Origin: Candidatus Bathyarchaeota archaeon | GTDB taxonomy: Archaea > Thermoproteota > Bathyarchaeia > Bathyarchaeales > Bathycorpusculaceae | NCBI GenBank assembly: GCA_963733095.1 | Contig: CAVTBV010000009.1 | Span: 203,372-267,371, forward strand | Direction: 5' to 3' | DNA: 64,000 bases | Part shown: in pieces, positions 1-9,255 of the stretch | Position numbering within the stretch: position 1 is the stretch's first letter | How the letters are laid out: every line of letters begins with the position of its first letter | Position numbers and translations under genes: made by a program | The notes under the pieces: model-generated | Databases searched by the model: none | What the model saw: only the letters and a program-made list of their open reading frames with translations | Told to the model about the DNA's origin: nothing

Positions 1-1154
1 ATCTTCTTCTCGGCTTTTCCTGAGTTAATCATTTCATCGGCCAAGCCGCGCGGGTTTTCAACGCCTACCATTTCAAAGAGCATGCTGGCTAAGCCAACTG
101 CTTTTTCCCGTAAGTCAGGAGGGCCGCCACCCATCAGAGTCGTCAACGCTTCCCGCGCTTCTAAAGCTGGTCCGATGCCGCAGCCTAAAGGTTGCTCACC
201 AAAAGTAAGGGCACACTGGATGTTTAATCCTAAACGTTTCCCCATATCGACAAAATCGGATGCTAAAGAATAGGCTTCTGTTCGGGTTTTGATTTTTGCA
301 CCCATGCCTGTTGGGATGTCTATGGCAACGTGTGTGGCACCGACGGCTTTTTTCTTGCTCAGAATTGATGGCAAAAGCATTGGGTCAATTCCCAATGGGT
401 ATTCGACTTGGATGAAGAGGTCGTCGGCTGGCGCAAGTTCAAGTGAGCCGCCCCAGACGAGGCATCCGTTGGTTTTTGCCACTACTTCTTTGATTTCTTT
501 TATTGAGAGGTTGACTGGGCAGAGTGTTTCCATGCGGTCTGCCGTTCCTGCAGGAGATGTGATTGCTCGCGAGGAGGTTTTGGGGATGGTGAATCCGGCA
601 GCTGCAACGATGGGCACGACAAGCATGCTGGTTTTGTCGCCCGGGATGCCGCCGACACTGTGTTTGTCAAGGATGGGTCCCGATCCGAAATCGAGTGTTT
701 TGCCTGTAGAAATCATTGCCCTAGACAACGCTTCGGTTTCGCCTGTGCTAAGTCCATGGATGCTCAGGGCCGTAAGAAACGCGGCGATTTCAACGGTGCT
801 CAAATGCCGCTCAACGACATCCTTTACGATGGCGACGAGGTCTTTCTCGCGTAAGCGTTCTCCATGCAGTTTGGCGCGTATGTTGAAGAGAGATTCAGGC
901 AGCGGAGCTAACTGCACATTAACAATTTCCGCTTCCTTGACCCCGAGTGCAGCAACGGTTTCCCGGTAGAGTCCGATACGGTTTGAGGGAAAATAATCAG
1001 CGATGTTAGCAATAGCTATCATTTCTTGGTTTTTGCAAGTAATTTTTATTCTGTCTGAACTGTGCACGCCCAGCATGTTGGCGGTTTGTTCGCTGAGCAA
1101 GGCAATTCTGCTGCCGCCTGTAGCAATCATCAAGACTTCAACGCTAAGTTCCAT
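1..1154 (-). CDS. deoA: AMP phosphorylase (3' end runs off the window)
   Basis: Manual translation from ATG at 1154: MELSVEVLMIATGG...LDKHSVGGIPGDKTSMLVVPIVAAAGFTIPKTSSRAITSPAGTADRME, the thymidine/AMP phosphorylase motifs. Divergent from rbcL. Absent from the ORF track because there is no stop in the window. Confidence 0.93.
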   Translation of the reverse strand, partial: MELSVEVLMIATGGSRIALLSEQTANMLGVHSSDRIKITCKNQEMIAIANIADYFPSNRIGLYRETVAALGVKEAEIVNVQLAPLPESLFNIRAKLHGERLREKDLVAIVKDVVERHLSTVEIAAFLTALSIHGLSTGETEALSRAMISTGKTLDFGSGPILDKHSVGGIPGDKTSMLVVPIVAAAGFTIPKTSSRAITSPAGTADRMETLCPVNLSIKEIKEVVAKTNGCLVWGGSLELAPADDLFIQVEYPLGIDPMLLPSILSKKKAVGATHVAIDIPTGMGAKIKTRTEAYSLASDFVDMGKRLGLNIQCALTFGEQPLGCGIGPALEAREALTTLMGGGPPDLREKAVGLASMLFEMVGVENPRGLADEMINSGKAEKK

Positions 1155-1232
1155 CTGAAACACTCAGTACCAAGTAGGCTGGGAAATAGTTAAAGATTTT
1201 AAGGCAAAGCCAATTGGTCTAGCATACGAGGA

Positions 1233-2462
1233 TTGCTCTTGAAGTACCTTGACTTTATAGATTTATCTTATGAACCTAAAGAAACTGATTTAGTCTGCAC
1301 TTTTCATGTTGAGCCTGAAGGTATAAGCCTGAAAGAGGCGGCGGGCGGGGTAGCAGCGGAAAGCTCTGTTGGAACCTGGACTGAACTAACGACCGAGAAG
1401 CCCTACGTCAAACGGTTAGCCGCACGCGTCTTCAGCATAGAAGGCAGAACGGTCAAAATTGCCTATCCTGTCGAGCTCTTTGAACCAGCCAACATGCCCA
1501 ACATCCTGAGCAGTGTAGCTGGGAACGTCTTTGGGCTAAAAGCACTAAAAAACCTGCGTTTGCTTGACATAGAATTTCCAAGACAACTCCTGAGCAACTT
1601 TAAAGGTCCCGCTTTTGGCATCTCGGGAATCCGTAAACTCCTCAAAATCCCAAAACGCCCCCTCATCGGTACAATCATCAAACCCAAACTCGGATTAGAA
1701 ACCAAAGACCACGCCAAAGTTGCTTACGACGCATGGCTTGGCGGATGCGACGTAGTAAAAGACGACGAAAATCTGAGCAGCCAAAGCTTCAACCCCTTCG
1801 AAGAGCGCTTAACACAGACTCTGGAGAGCCGAGATAAAGCCCAAGAGGAGACGGGTGAACGCAAAGTCTACATGATAAACATCACAGCAGAAACCCAAAC
1901 AATGCTCAAACGCGCTCAAGCCGTCGTTGACCAAGGCGGTGAATACGTCATGGTGGATATCTTGACCTGTGGCTGGTCAGCTTTGCAGACGTTGCGTGAC
2001 CAAGACTTCAGACTCGTTATCCACGCACACCGTGCCGGACACGCAGCCTTCACTAAGAATCAGCTGCACGGCATCGCCATGAAATCAATAGCCAGGGTTG
2101 CAAGAATAATTGGAATTGACCAATTGCATGTGGGAACGGTTGTTGGCAAAATGTCAGAAACCAGATTCGAAGTAACCGAAAACATCGCTGCCTGCAAATC
2201 CGAAATGGGTCTCCTCAAACCCGTTTTGCCCGTTGCAAGTGGAGGACTGCACCCTCGACTCGTTCCCGCACTCATGGAGACGTTCGGCAGCGACTTTGTT
2301 ATCCAAGCAGGCGGTGGCATCCACGGCCACCCAGAAGGCACTGTCTGTGGCGCCAAAGCCATGCGCCAAGCAGTTGACGCTACCCTTTATGGAAAAACCC
2401 TTGAAGAATACGCCAAAACTCATCAAGAACTCGCCTCAGCCCTAAAACAATGGAAATCCTAG
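1233..2462 (+). CDS. rbcL: Form III ribulose-1,5-bisphosphate carboxylase
   Basis: AAESSVGTW, IKPKLGL, catalytic VKDDE, HAHRAGH, SGGLHP and GGGIHGHP motifs; AMP-pathway context. Confidence 0.96.
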   Translation: MLLKYLDFIDLSYEPKETDLVCTFHVEPEGISLKEAAGGVAAESSVGTWTELTTEKPYVKRLAARVFSIEGRTVKIAYPVELFEPANMPNILSSVAGNVFGLKALKNLRLLDIEFPRQLLSNFKGPAFGISGIRKLLKIPKRPLIGTIIKPKLGLETKDHAKVAYDAWLGGCDVVKDDENLSSQSFNPFEERLTQTLESRDKAQEETGERKVYMINITAETQTMLKRAQAVVDQGGEYVMVDILTCGWSALQTLRDQDFRLVIHAHRAGHAAFTKNQLHGIAMKSIARVARIIGIDQLHVGTVVGKMSETRFEVTENIAACKSEMGLLKPVLPVASGGLHPRLVPALMETFGSDFVIQAGGGIHGHPEGTVCGAKAMRQAVDATLYGKTLEEYAKTHQELASALKQWKS

Positions 2463-2697
2463 CAAGCTCTCAACACACAGTTTAAGTCAAAAACTACGGT
2501 TTTTTTGCTGTTTTTCTTAATGCCTCTGGTGTCTGACCCGCCGTTTTAGCCATTATTGGGTAAAATTGGCTGTTTTTTTAGTTGTCAGTACCCTCTTTCC
2601 AATCATGAATATAAAGGATTGATGTGATAAAACCTGCGATTAGGCAAATCATTGTTTTAACAGAACATACTTTGCCTAATAAAACAAAAAAGAAAAA

Positions 2698-5259
2698 ATG
2701 CTAAGAGGAAAGGAAATGAATTCAAAGAAAATATTTGCAATTCTAATAATTGCAGCATTCATTGCATCAGCAATGACAGTTATGTCAACCACACAAGTTG
2801 AAGCACAAACGACTCCCACATTGAAAACCTACCCCATCATCGACGCCATACCCAACCCAATAGGTGTTGGACAAGTAACACTGTTAAAAACTGGAATTCT
2901 GCAGCAAATTGCCGGTTCTCTCAACGGTTGGACTGGTATAACCATAACCGTAACCAAACCAGACGGCACAAAAGAAACACTTGGACCATTCAAAACAGAC
3001 TCCACAGGATCAACCTTCACATCGTACACACCTGACCAAATCGGTACATACATGTTAACGACAAACTTCCCCGAACAAACCAATCCAGTCACTTTCTATA
3101 ACAATGAAGGCGGTAACACAATTGAAGCAGGCACAATAATGCTTGCAAGCACCGCAACAATTAACATGACCGTACAACAAGATCCTTTGCCATTCTACCC
3201 AGGTCACGCTCTTCCAACAGAATACTGGAACCGCCCAATCGACCCACAATTAAGAGAATGGTACTCCATCTCAGGCAACTGGGTACAGAGACCAGACAAC
3301 TCACTAGCACTCTACAACGACGATGCACCAGAAACCGCACACGTACTATGGGCACACCCAATAACTACCGGAGGCTTAATGGGCGGTCTATGGGGCGACG
3401 GACAAGTTCCATCAAGCGCTGAAGCAGGCGACGCATATGAAGGCAAATTCCCCGGATCAGTGATACTCAACGGAATACTCTACTACCAAAGAACAGATAC
3501 CCGAAGAGAAACTGCACCAGCAATCATCGCAGTTGATCTACACACTGGCGAAGAATGGATGTTCAAGAACAACACAGTCCTATCATTTGGTCAAATCTTC
3601 TACTTCAACAGCTACAACTATGACGGCACATTCTCATACATCTGGTCAGTATCTGGTAGCACCTACACTGCGTACGACCCATTCACTGGCAACCAACAAA
3701 TACAAATAACCAATGTTCCATCAGGCACACGCTTCTTTGGACCTAGCGGCGAAATTTTGATTCTACAAATCGATTATAACCGCGGCTGGATGGCACTATG
3801 GAACGAAACCGACTGTGGACTACAGAATGCAGTTATCGGCACACCTGACTACGGCAGCTGGGGTAACACAGCCCATGGGAACGCTTTAGGACCCGGATTG
3901 AATGGAACTAACCCACGATGCTACACATGGAACGTAACAATCCCGCGGGGCTTAGGTGCCACTAGCGGAATTGGCGGAGCAGCACTGAAAATCTACGTTG
4001 AAGACAGAATAGTTGGCATGATGTTCAACCGAACAAACGTCAACATCTGGTCACTTGACATCTCACCAGGGCATGAAGGCGCAGTCATATTCAACAAGAA
4101 CTGGACACCACCATCAGAATGGAATGAAGGCTCCAACACCTTAGCTTACACCGGCGCAACCAACTACGTTAAAGATGACACATATGGAAACGGCGTAATC
4201 GCAATATGGGACAAAGAAATAACAACACACTACGGATTTAGCGTACAAACCGGAGATTTCCTATGGCAAACAGGCGGTGAAATCTACTTAGACTCTTACG
4301 GCTGGGGCAACGCAGAACACACATGGTACTTTGCATACGGCAAACTCTACTCTGTCGGCGTCGGAGGCATACTATACGCTTACGATTTAGCCACAGGCAA
4401 AACCGACTGGACATACACTCTCTCAGACCCATACAAAGAACCAGTCACAGGCGAAAACTGGTGGGGCTGGATCGACCTAATCACTGACGGCAAAATCTAC
4501 ATCGGCACACTCGAACACTCTGCAGAACAGCCAGTACCAAGAGGCGGACCATACGCAGCAATAAACGCAACCGACGGCAGTGTCATCTGGCGTGTTAACG
4601 GCATGTTCCGTGAAACCCGCTGGGGTGGTAACGGAATCATCGGCGACAGCATCATAGCTACCATGGACACCTACGACCAACAAGTCTGGGCAATCGGCAA
4701 AGGACCAACAGCAGTTACAATGTCCGCTTCACCAAAAGTTTCAGTGCAAGGCAGCAGCGTCCTAATTGAAGGAAGCATAACTGATACATCACCAGGAACA
4801 AACGACTACACAATGAAGGCTCGATTCCCCGACGGCGTCCCTGCAGTCTCTGACGAAAGCCAGAGCGAATGGATGCTGTACGTCTACAAGCAATTCGAAA
4901 AACCAACCAACGCAACCGGAGTTGCACTATCAGTAGATGTCATTGACGCAAACGGCAACCTAAGAAACATCGGCACAACCACAAGCGACTCCACCGGCGC
5001 ATATAGCCTCAGCTGGATGCCAGACATTCCAGGAAAATACACGGTCCTTGTTAACTTTGCTGGTTCAAAAGCTTACTGGGGTTCATCTGCTGAAAGCGCA
5101 TTCGTAGTTGACGCAGCACCCGAAGCAACAGCGGCACCCGATGTCTCGCAATCAAATTCCGCAGCTGATCTGTACTTTGTACCAGCGGTCATTGGCTTAT
5201 TGATAGCCATAGTGGCTGTTGGTTTAATGACAGTACTATTGCTTAGGAAACGACCATAA
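2698..5259 (+). CDS. PQQ-binding-like beta-propeller surface protein (signal peptide, C-terminal TM anchor)
   Basis: Signal peptide, YW.RPI motif, propeller repeats (LYAYDLATGKTDW), conserved GVPAVSDESQSEWM.YVY region, C-terminal TM followed by RKRP. Paralog of 57458-60169. Confidence 0.85.
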   Translation: MLRGKEMNSKKIFAILIIAAFIASAMTVMSTTQVEAQTTPTLKTYPIIDAIPNPIGVGQVTLLKTGILQQIAGSLNGWTGITITVTKPDGTKETLGPFKTDSTGSTFTSYTPDQIGTYMLTTNFPEQTNPVTFYNNEGGNTIEAGTIMLASTATINMTVQQDPLPFYPGHALPTEYWNRPIDPQLREWYSISGNWVQRPDNSLALYNDDAPETAHVLWAHPITTGGLMGGLWGDGQVPSSAEAGDAYEGKFPGSVILNGILYYQRTDTRRETAPAIIAVDLHTGEEWMFKNNTVLSFGQIFYFNSYNYDGTFSYIWSVSGSTYTAYDPFTGNQQIQITNVPSGTRFFGPSGEILILQIDYNRGWMALWNETDCGLQNAVIGTPDYGSWGNTAHGNALGPGLNGTNPRCYTWNVTIPRGLGATSGIGGAALKIYVEDRIVGMMFNRTNVNIWSLDISPGHEGAVIFNKNWTPPSEWNEGSNTLAYTGATNYVKDDTYGNGVIAIWDKEITTHYGFSVQTGDFLWQTGGEIYLDSYGWGNAEHTWYFAYGKLYSVGVGGILYAYDLATGKTDWTYTLSDPYKEPVTGENWWGWIDLITDGKIYIGTLEHSAEQPVPRGGPYAAINATDGSVIWRVNGMFRETRWGGNGIIGDSIIATMDTYDQQVWAIGKGPTAVTMSASPKVSVQGSSVLIEGSITDTSPGTNDYTMKARFPDGVPAVSDESQSEWMLYVYKQFEKPTNATGVALSVDVIDANGNLRNIGTTTSDSTGAYSLSWMPDIPGKYTVLVNFAGSKAYWGSSAESAFVVDAAPEATAAPDVSQSNSAADLYFVPAVIGLLIAIVAVGLMTVLLLRKRP

Positions 5260-5352
5260 AATCGATAAAGACAAAAAATAATCTCCCTTTTTATTTTTTT
5301 CAACTTTTCAATTAAATGAAAATAGCAACGTTTTACAGGTTATTGCGAACAG

Positions 5353-6270
5353 TTAGAAAACCCATGGATATCTTAGACGCATTACTTCAACGATGGATTG
5401 AGGTGCGATTATGCCTTCTTCGCATATTAAGCCGTGGATGTAGCGGTTCGGGGTGACATCGAAAGCAGGGTTGCAAACGTTTAGCTTTGCAGGTGCTTCA
5501 CTCCAAACTTCTGCTGGGTTTCGTTGTTCAATCTTTTCGCATTCACCTTGAAGGGTTGCTGGGTCGAATTTTAGCAGTTCCGAAACCACGTAGAAGGGCA
5601 CTCGGGCTTCATGGGATAAGACCGCTATACCGCTTGACCCAATCTTGTTAACCACATTGCCCTCTGAAGTAATTGCGTCAGCTCCCACGATTACAATATC
5701 AACCTCTCCCATGAAAGTCCGCGCGGCAGAGTCAACAATAAAAGTGGTTTCGATGCCTAGCTCGACAAGTTCTTTGGCAGTTATTCTTCCCTGAAACGCT
5801 GGGCGCGTCTCGGTGCATATTACCTTAAAGTTTTTGCCACCTGCCTTGGCTTTGGCTAGCAGGCGAGTTACGGTTGAGGAGTGGCAATGAGTTAAAACTA
5901 TGGAGCCATTACGGATTCGTTTGGCTCCAATTTCCGCTATATGCTCTTTTGACGTCTCTAAATCTTTGAGGAATTGGTTTGCGCTTGCAACTAAGTTTTG
6001 GTTTAGTGTCTTAACTTTCTCAGTTTCGGCGGCTTGGGCTTGGGTGATTAGCCAGCGGATGGCGTTGCTCATCAATGGCTCAGTTTCTCTTGAGGCGGCG
6101 AAGATAGTTTGGGCTTCTTTGAGTTCCTCAATGAATTGGGTTTTGGTTTTTGCTTTTGTATGTTCTGCTTGAGTTTGAATGGCTTTGATGGCAGCTATGG
6201 CGACGTTTCTGGCGCCTTGAACTTGGAGTTTTCGGATTTTTTCGGCTGTTGCGTGGATTGTTACGGCCAT
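5353..6270 (-). CDS. Ribose-1,5-bisphosphate isomerase (eIF2B-like family)
   Basis: VQGARNVA, LTHCHSSTV, TETRP, VGADAI, NKIGS and NPAFDVTP motifs; next to rbcL and AMP phosphorylase. Confidence 0.9.
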   Translation of the reverse strand: MAVTIHATAEKIRKLQVQGARNVAIAAIKAIQTQAEHTKAKTKTQFIEELKEAQTIFAASRETEPLMSNAIRWLITQAQAAETEKVKTLNQNLVASANQFLKDLETSKEHIAEIGAKRIRNGSIVLTHCHSSTVTRLLAKAKAGGKNFKVICTETRPAFQGRITAKELVELGIETTFIVDSAARTFMGEVDIVIVGADAITSEGNVVNKIGSSGIAVLSHEARVPFYVVSELLKFDPATLQGECEKIEQRNPAEVWSEAPAKLNVCNPAFDVTPNRYIHGLICEEGIIAPQSIVEVMRLRYPWVF

Positions 6271-6352
6271 GATTCTCAACCTAAGCGTACATGTTTTCCA
6301 GTTTTAGTTTATTTGTGGAGAAGCATATAAGCAAAACCATAACAAAGGGTTA

Positions 6353-7501
6353 ATGAGCATTATGTTGCCTGACGAAGATAGCATCAACAGTATTCTGAGA
6401 CCGTACATTCAGCCTTGGTATGACTCAATAGAGAACCCGCAGAAGGCGCAGGAGCATGTGCTGGCTGATTTGGTGGTGAAATACGGTGCCACAGATTATG
6501 GCACAAGCCACAACGCTTCTCAAGTCAAAGGCATATTGGATTTCCGGGCTAATTTTCCCATAATCGACTATTCAAAGATTATTCCATACCTCGTTCAGGT
6601 AAAAGAGAAAAACTACAAGACGTTTTTATCTGAACAACCCCAAACTTGGGTTATGACCCGAGGCTCGACAGGAACATCTAAAGTCCTTCCAGCAACCCAA
6701 ACACACCTAAAACAAATCTACAGTTGCGGCGCACGCGGACTCATAAACTACGCTGTACAAAAAAAGAATTATGAGGTTTTTTTGGGCGTTATTTTGAACT
6801 TGAATTTTCCCTCCAACGTCCACACTATGTGTGTCAAAGGGAAACAAGTAACTTACGGGTACAGTTCAGGTACCTATGCACGTCTTAACCCGATGTTTGA
6901 CAGGGTAAGCCTTCTGCCTCGCCAAGAAGAAATCGACGCATTAGGCAGCGGCGTTAGTAGAAAAGATTGGGAAAAACGCTTTGACCTCGCCTACCAGATG
7001 GCGCTAAACCAAAACGTAACCGCCGCCATGGGTGTAACCCCAGTAATCCTTTCTTTCGCCCGATACGTTAGACGTAAATATGGAAAAAAGCCTGTCGATA
7101 TATGGAAAACCCAAGCATTATTCTGTACCAGCGTACCCAAAATCCAATTCAAGTACGGGCCAATTCTCAAACGGTACTTCGGCGATGTACCTATCGTTGA
7201 GATGTATACTGCCACAGAAGGCGTCTTTGGACAGCAATTAGACGATTACCCATACATAACCCCAAACTACGACACCTACCTCTTTGAAGTTGCCACAGGC
7301 AAAAGAGTTAAAATGTTGCATGAACTCAAACGTGGCGAATGGGGCAGACTAATCGTTTCCACATGCATGTTCCCACGCTATGACATCGGAGACCTGATTG
7401 AAGCGGCAGGCAAAAACCATTACCGGGTATTTGGAAGAAAGAAAACCCTAACACTTCTTGAACATAGGCTCTACCGGTCGTTTTTAGGCTGGATGCTTTA
7501 G
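6353..7501 (+). CDS. GH3 (auxin-responsive) acyl-adenylate family protein
   Basis: TRGSTGTSK, EMYTATEG and RYDIGDLI motifs typical of GH3/ANL enzymes. Confidence 0.8.
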   Translation: MSIMLPDEDSINSILRPYIQPWYDSIENPQKAQEHVLADLVVKYGATDYGTSHNASQVKGILDFRANFPIIDYSKIIPYLVQVKEKNYKTFLSEQPQTWVMTRGSTGTSKVLPATQTHLKQIYSCGARGLINYAVQKKNYEVFLGVILNLNFPSNVHTMCVKGKQVTYGYSSGTYARLNPMFDRVSLLPRQEEIDALGSGVSRKDWEKRFDLAYQMALNQNVTAAMGVTPVILSFARYVRRKYGKKPVDIWKTQALFCTSVPKIQFKYGPILKRYFGDVPIVEMYTATEGVFGQQLDDYPYITPNYDTYLFEVATGKRVKMLHELKRGEWGRLIVSTCMFPRYDIGDLIEAAGKNHYRVFGRKKTLTLLEHRLYRSFLGWML

Positions 7502-7914
7502 ACTGGTTGTGGCGAGCGTCTTCGTGCAACCATGGCAACGTAAATGGCGCCGACGATGATGATTATGCCGATTATTAGCAGCATTATCGCCCAGCTTTGT
7601 CCAGGATCCGTGAAATAGTTACTTAATTGTAGTACGGCGAACAAGCCCAGCGTGATGAGGATTAAACCACCTATCAAATAGCCGATAAAGCCCGATTCGC
7701 CCTTTTCTTGCTTTTCGGTTCTTTGAGGATGCTCATTTTTTTCTTGCTTTTCTTGTTTCTCGTTTTTTTCTGATTTTTCGTTTCTCCCATAATAGGGTTG
7801 CGCAGGCGGTGGTGCAGGTTGACCAGCCGAAACAGCCTTCAATGATGCTCCGCAGCGAGGGCAGAAAGCCATCGTGTCTTCAACTTTATTGCCGCATTTT
7901 GGACAATACGACAT
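7498..7914 (-). CDS. Zinc-ribbon membrane protein with EK-repeat linker
   Basis: YCPKCG...FCPRCG, EKxEK repeats, two C-terminal TM helices. Confidence 0.8.
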   Translation of the reverse strand: MSYCPKCGNKVEDTMAFCPRCGASLKAVSAGQPAPPPAQPYYGRNEKSEKNEKQEKQEKNEHPQRTEKQEKGESGFIGYLIGGLILITLGLFAVLQLSNYFTDPGQSWAIMLLIIGIIIIVGAIYVAMVARRRSPQPV

Positions 7915-7989
7915 GAATTCCCATCCAATTATCCTTTATCAGGTCTTGATATTTAAAACATGCACTTCCTCCTCTAAAGAGAAAGATAT

Positions 7990-8523
7990 ATGTTCCAACT
8001 AATGCATTTTCGAATGGTGAAAAACTCTTTGAAGATTACCTTGAGCCTGCAGGGATTATCAGAAAAGAAACAAGAAAACCTGTTAACGGCTATTTATGTT
8101 GGGGGATTCTTCATAATTTTAGCTTTAATTTATTCTATTAATCCTGGTCTTTGGGATAATTTGGTAAATTTTTTCTCATCTCTCACTCTTGCACCGGTTC
8201 CCGCCACAGGTATTTCCTTGCCTGCCCCTGCAAACCCAGCCAATTACACAAGCCTCTATTTGGCTGGATTTCAACTTGCCCTAGCCATAGGCATCTTAGA
8301 AATTGTAATTCTATTCCTCAGAGTTGGATTGCATTCGTCTGTGACGCGTAAGGCTGAAACCATCGAAAACATCGTTTTCTGGCTCGGCTCAAGCTATCTG
8401 ATAATCTCTTACCTGGTTAACATGACTATTTCGAGCGAGTGGTTTGTTTTCTGGGCTGGAATAATTCTAGTCTTCGGGTTGGCTTTGGTTGCCCGGGCAT
8501 TTGTGTTATTAGCTAAAAAGTAG
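7990..8523 (+). CDS. Hypothetical multi-pass membrane protein
   Basis: About 4 hydrophobic segments; start may be TTG at 8041. Confidence 0.7.
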   Translation: MFQLMHFRMVKNSLKITLSLQGLSEKKQENLLTAIYVGGFFIILALIYSINPGLWDNLVNFFSSLTLAPVPATGISLPAPANPANYTSLYLAGFQLALAIGILEIVILFLRVGLHSSVTRKAETIENIVFWLGSSYLIISYLVNMTISSEWFVFWAGIILVFGLALVARAFVLLAKK

Positions 8524-9255
8524 CTACTGTTTTTTTATTTTCAGTTTCCACCAAAGCGACATTATTTGTCTAAACATGTTCCAGGAATCTTTGAGCAAGT
8601 TAACTTTGGTGTCTCTGCCGCTTTTCCATTCCACCGCAATCTCTTTTATCTTAAACCCTGCAAAGTGAGCTCTAACGAGGATTTCGGTGTCCCAAAACCA
8701 ATGAGTCGCCTCAACATTATCGATTAAGCCCATCAAGGGTTCTCTCTTGAAAGCTTTGAAGCCACACTGGTGATCATGAAGTTCAGAGCCAAGCATATGC
8801 CTGACCAGAAAATTATATGTTTTTGAGCTTATTCCCCTGCTGAAGGTGCGTTTAGCCTTGCTTTCAGCCAGCATTCTAGATCCAGTCGAAAAATCGTAAT
8901 TTTCAACCTCGATAGCTTCAACAAGAGGTTTTAGGTACTTGAGGTCTGTGGCTAAGTCTAAATCCATGTACGCTAAAACCTCGCCGTTGCTATGCTTAAA
9001 TGCGTTGTTGAGCGCTGTTCCTCTTCCAAGTCGCTTTTCACGGTGAATATGCCTGACATGTGGGGTTTTTTGTGCGAGTTCTTCGGCGCGTTCAGCGGTG
9101 CCGTCGGTGCTGCCGTCTTCAGCGATTATGACCTCGTAGGATTGGGTGAACTGGCTTAGGGTCTGGATAGTTTTCTCTACAGCTGGCTGGAGGTTGTCGA
9201 CTTCGTTGTAGGCTGGAAGTACTACTGAAATCTGGACTTGTTTTGTCGCTGCCAT
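8524..9255 (-). CDS. GT2 polyprenol-phosphate hexosyltransferase (Dol-P-Man/Glc synthase-like)
   Basis: VVLPAYNE, EDGSTDGT, YMDLD, HDHQCGFKAF and WFWDTEIL motifs. Confidence 0.9.
   Translation of the reverse strand: MAATKQVQISVVLPAYNEVDNLQPAVEKTIQTLSQFTQSYEVIIAEDGSTDGTAERAEELAQKTPHVRHIHREKRLGRGTALNNAFKHSNGEVLAYMDLDLATDLKYLKPLVEAIEVENYDFSTGSRMLAESKAKRTFSRGISSKTYNFLVRHMLGSELHDHQCGFKAFKREPLMGLIDNVEATHWFWDTEILVRAHFAGFKIKEIAVEWKSGRDTKVNLLKDSWNMFRQIMSLWWKLKIKKQ

Noticed and set aside
289-969. 226 aa + strand ORF
   Set aside because: Antisense shadow of AMP phosphorylase; the same applies to most short ORFs overlapping long genes.
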